In this document: positions 63,931-64,000 of the stretch, piece by piece
Layout of the letters: the number at the start of each line of letters is the position of its first letter
Numbering within the stretch: the first letter of the stretch is position 1
Source of the DNA: Pseudanabaena sp.
GTDB lineage: Bacteria; Cyanobacteriota; Cyanobacteriia; Pseudanabaenales; Pseudanabaenaceae
DNA: 64,000 nt
Direction: 5' to 3'
NCBI GenBank assembly: GCA_044354985.1
Contig: JBIKYZ010000002.1
Span: 2,324-66,323 of the forward strand
Program-made: the position numbers and the translations under genes
The notes under the pieces: model-generated
The model's database searches: none
Told to the model about the DNA's origin: nothing
The model's input: the letters and a program-made list of their open reading frames with translations, nothing else

Positions 63931-64000
63931 CATCTACTCAGCAATGCAAATTCGACTTACAGCGCTTTGCGCTCAAACCCAAACCAATAAAAACTTTGAG

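Overview
This is a 64-kb chromosomal segment of a cyanobacterium. The HIP1 octamer GCGATCGC occurs about 12 times in the first 3 kb, and psbD, psbC, ycf23, ycf54 and ycf65 are present. I count about 60 protein genes and one tRNA (Pro-UGG). I found no rRNA, CRISPR array, integrase or intact IS. All calls come from reading motifs in the supplied translations and DNA. No database search was possible, so family names are recognitions, not hits.

Core genes: an ECF sigma / anti-sigma / Spy-like operon, rpsU, a Pat-like acyl-CoA-synthetase-GNAT fusion, gap, ycf23, nagA, accD, grpE-dnaK, ycf54, ycf65, psbD, psbC, lnt, rnc and an amino-acid-type ABC binding protein.

Accessory or unusual regions:
(a) 7.0-10.7 kb: a tightly coupled four-gene operon of a membrane desaturase-like protein, a heme-oxygenase-like di-iron protein, a DUF3419/BtaA-like protein and a GNAT-like protein. 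I cannot match it to a characterised pathway.
(b) 20.0-22.9 kb: a coupled PP2C-like phosphatase and an atypical Ser/Thr kinase carrying a pentapeptide-repeat domain.
(c) 24.9-27.6 kb: psbD and psbC are not overlapping. They are separated by a structured 223-bp spacer.
(d) 31.1-36.8 kb: a mosaic next to tRNA-Pro with a wHTH/nucleotidyltransferase pair, DUF29, a PD-(D/E)xK protein and a decayed toxin-antitoxin locus. Some of its small genes are bracketed by direct repeats.
(e) 36.9-41.3 kb: a collagen-like/Gly-rich secreted protein, an orphan LuxR-type response regulator and a lipoxygenase.
(f) 44.7-45.9 kb: an Rpn/PD-(D/E)xK transposase-like gene bracketed by decayed duplicates of the 3' end of its neighbour.
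(g) 46.0-55.2 kb: an AT-rich, HIP1-poor block downstream of two type IV pilin genes. It encodes a 1490-aa TPR protein with two GT41 (O-GlcNAc-transferase-like) modules, a glycosyltransferase-FkbM methyltransferase fusion and a further methyltransferase. This is a candidate pilin-glycosylation island.
(h) 55.3-61.5 kb: a same-strand run of uncharacterised genes. It contains two small proteins, a paralogous pair, a multi-TM protein, a GH19 hydrolase with four novel N-terminal repeats, a Uma2 nuclease with a heptad tandem repeat and a small P-loop protein. This is my best candidate for an undescribed system.

Smaller points: two genes are interrupted by single in-frame TAA codons. There are also several families of MITE-like or hairpin repeats, one with a clean 9-bp target-site duplication.
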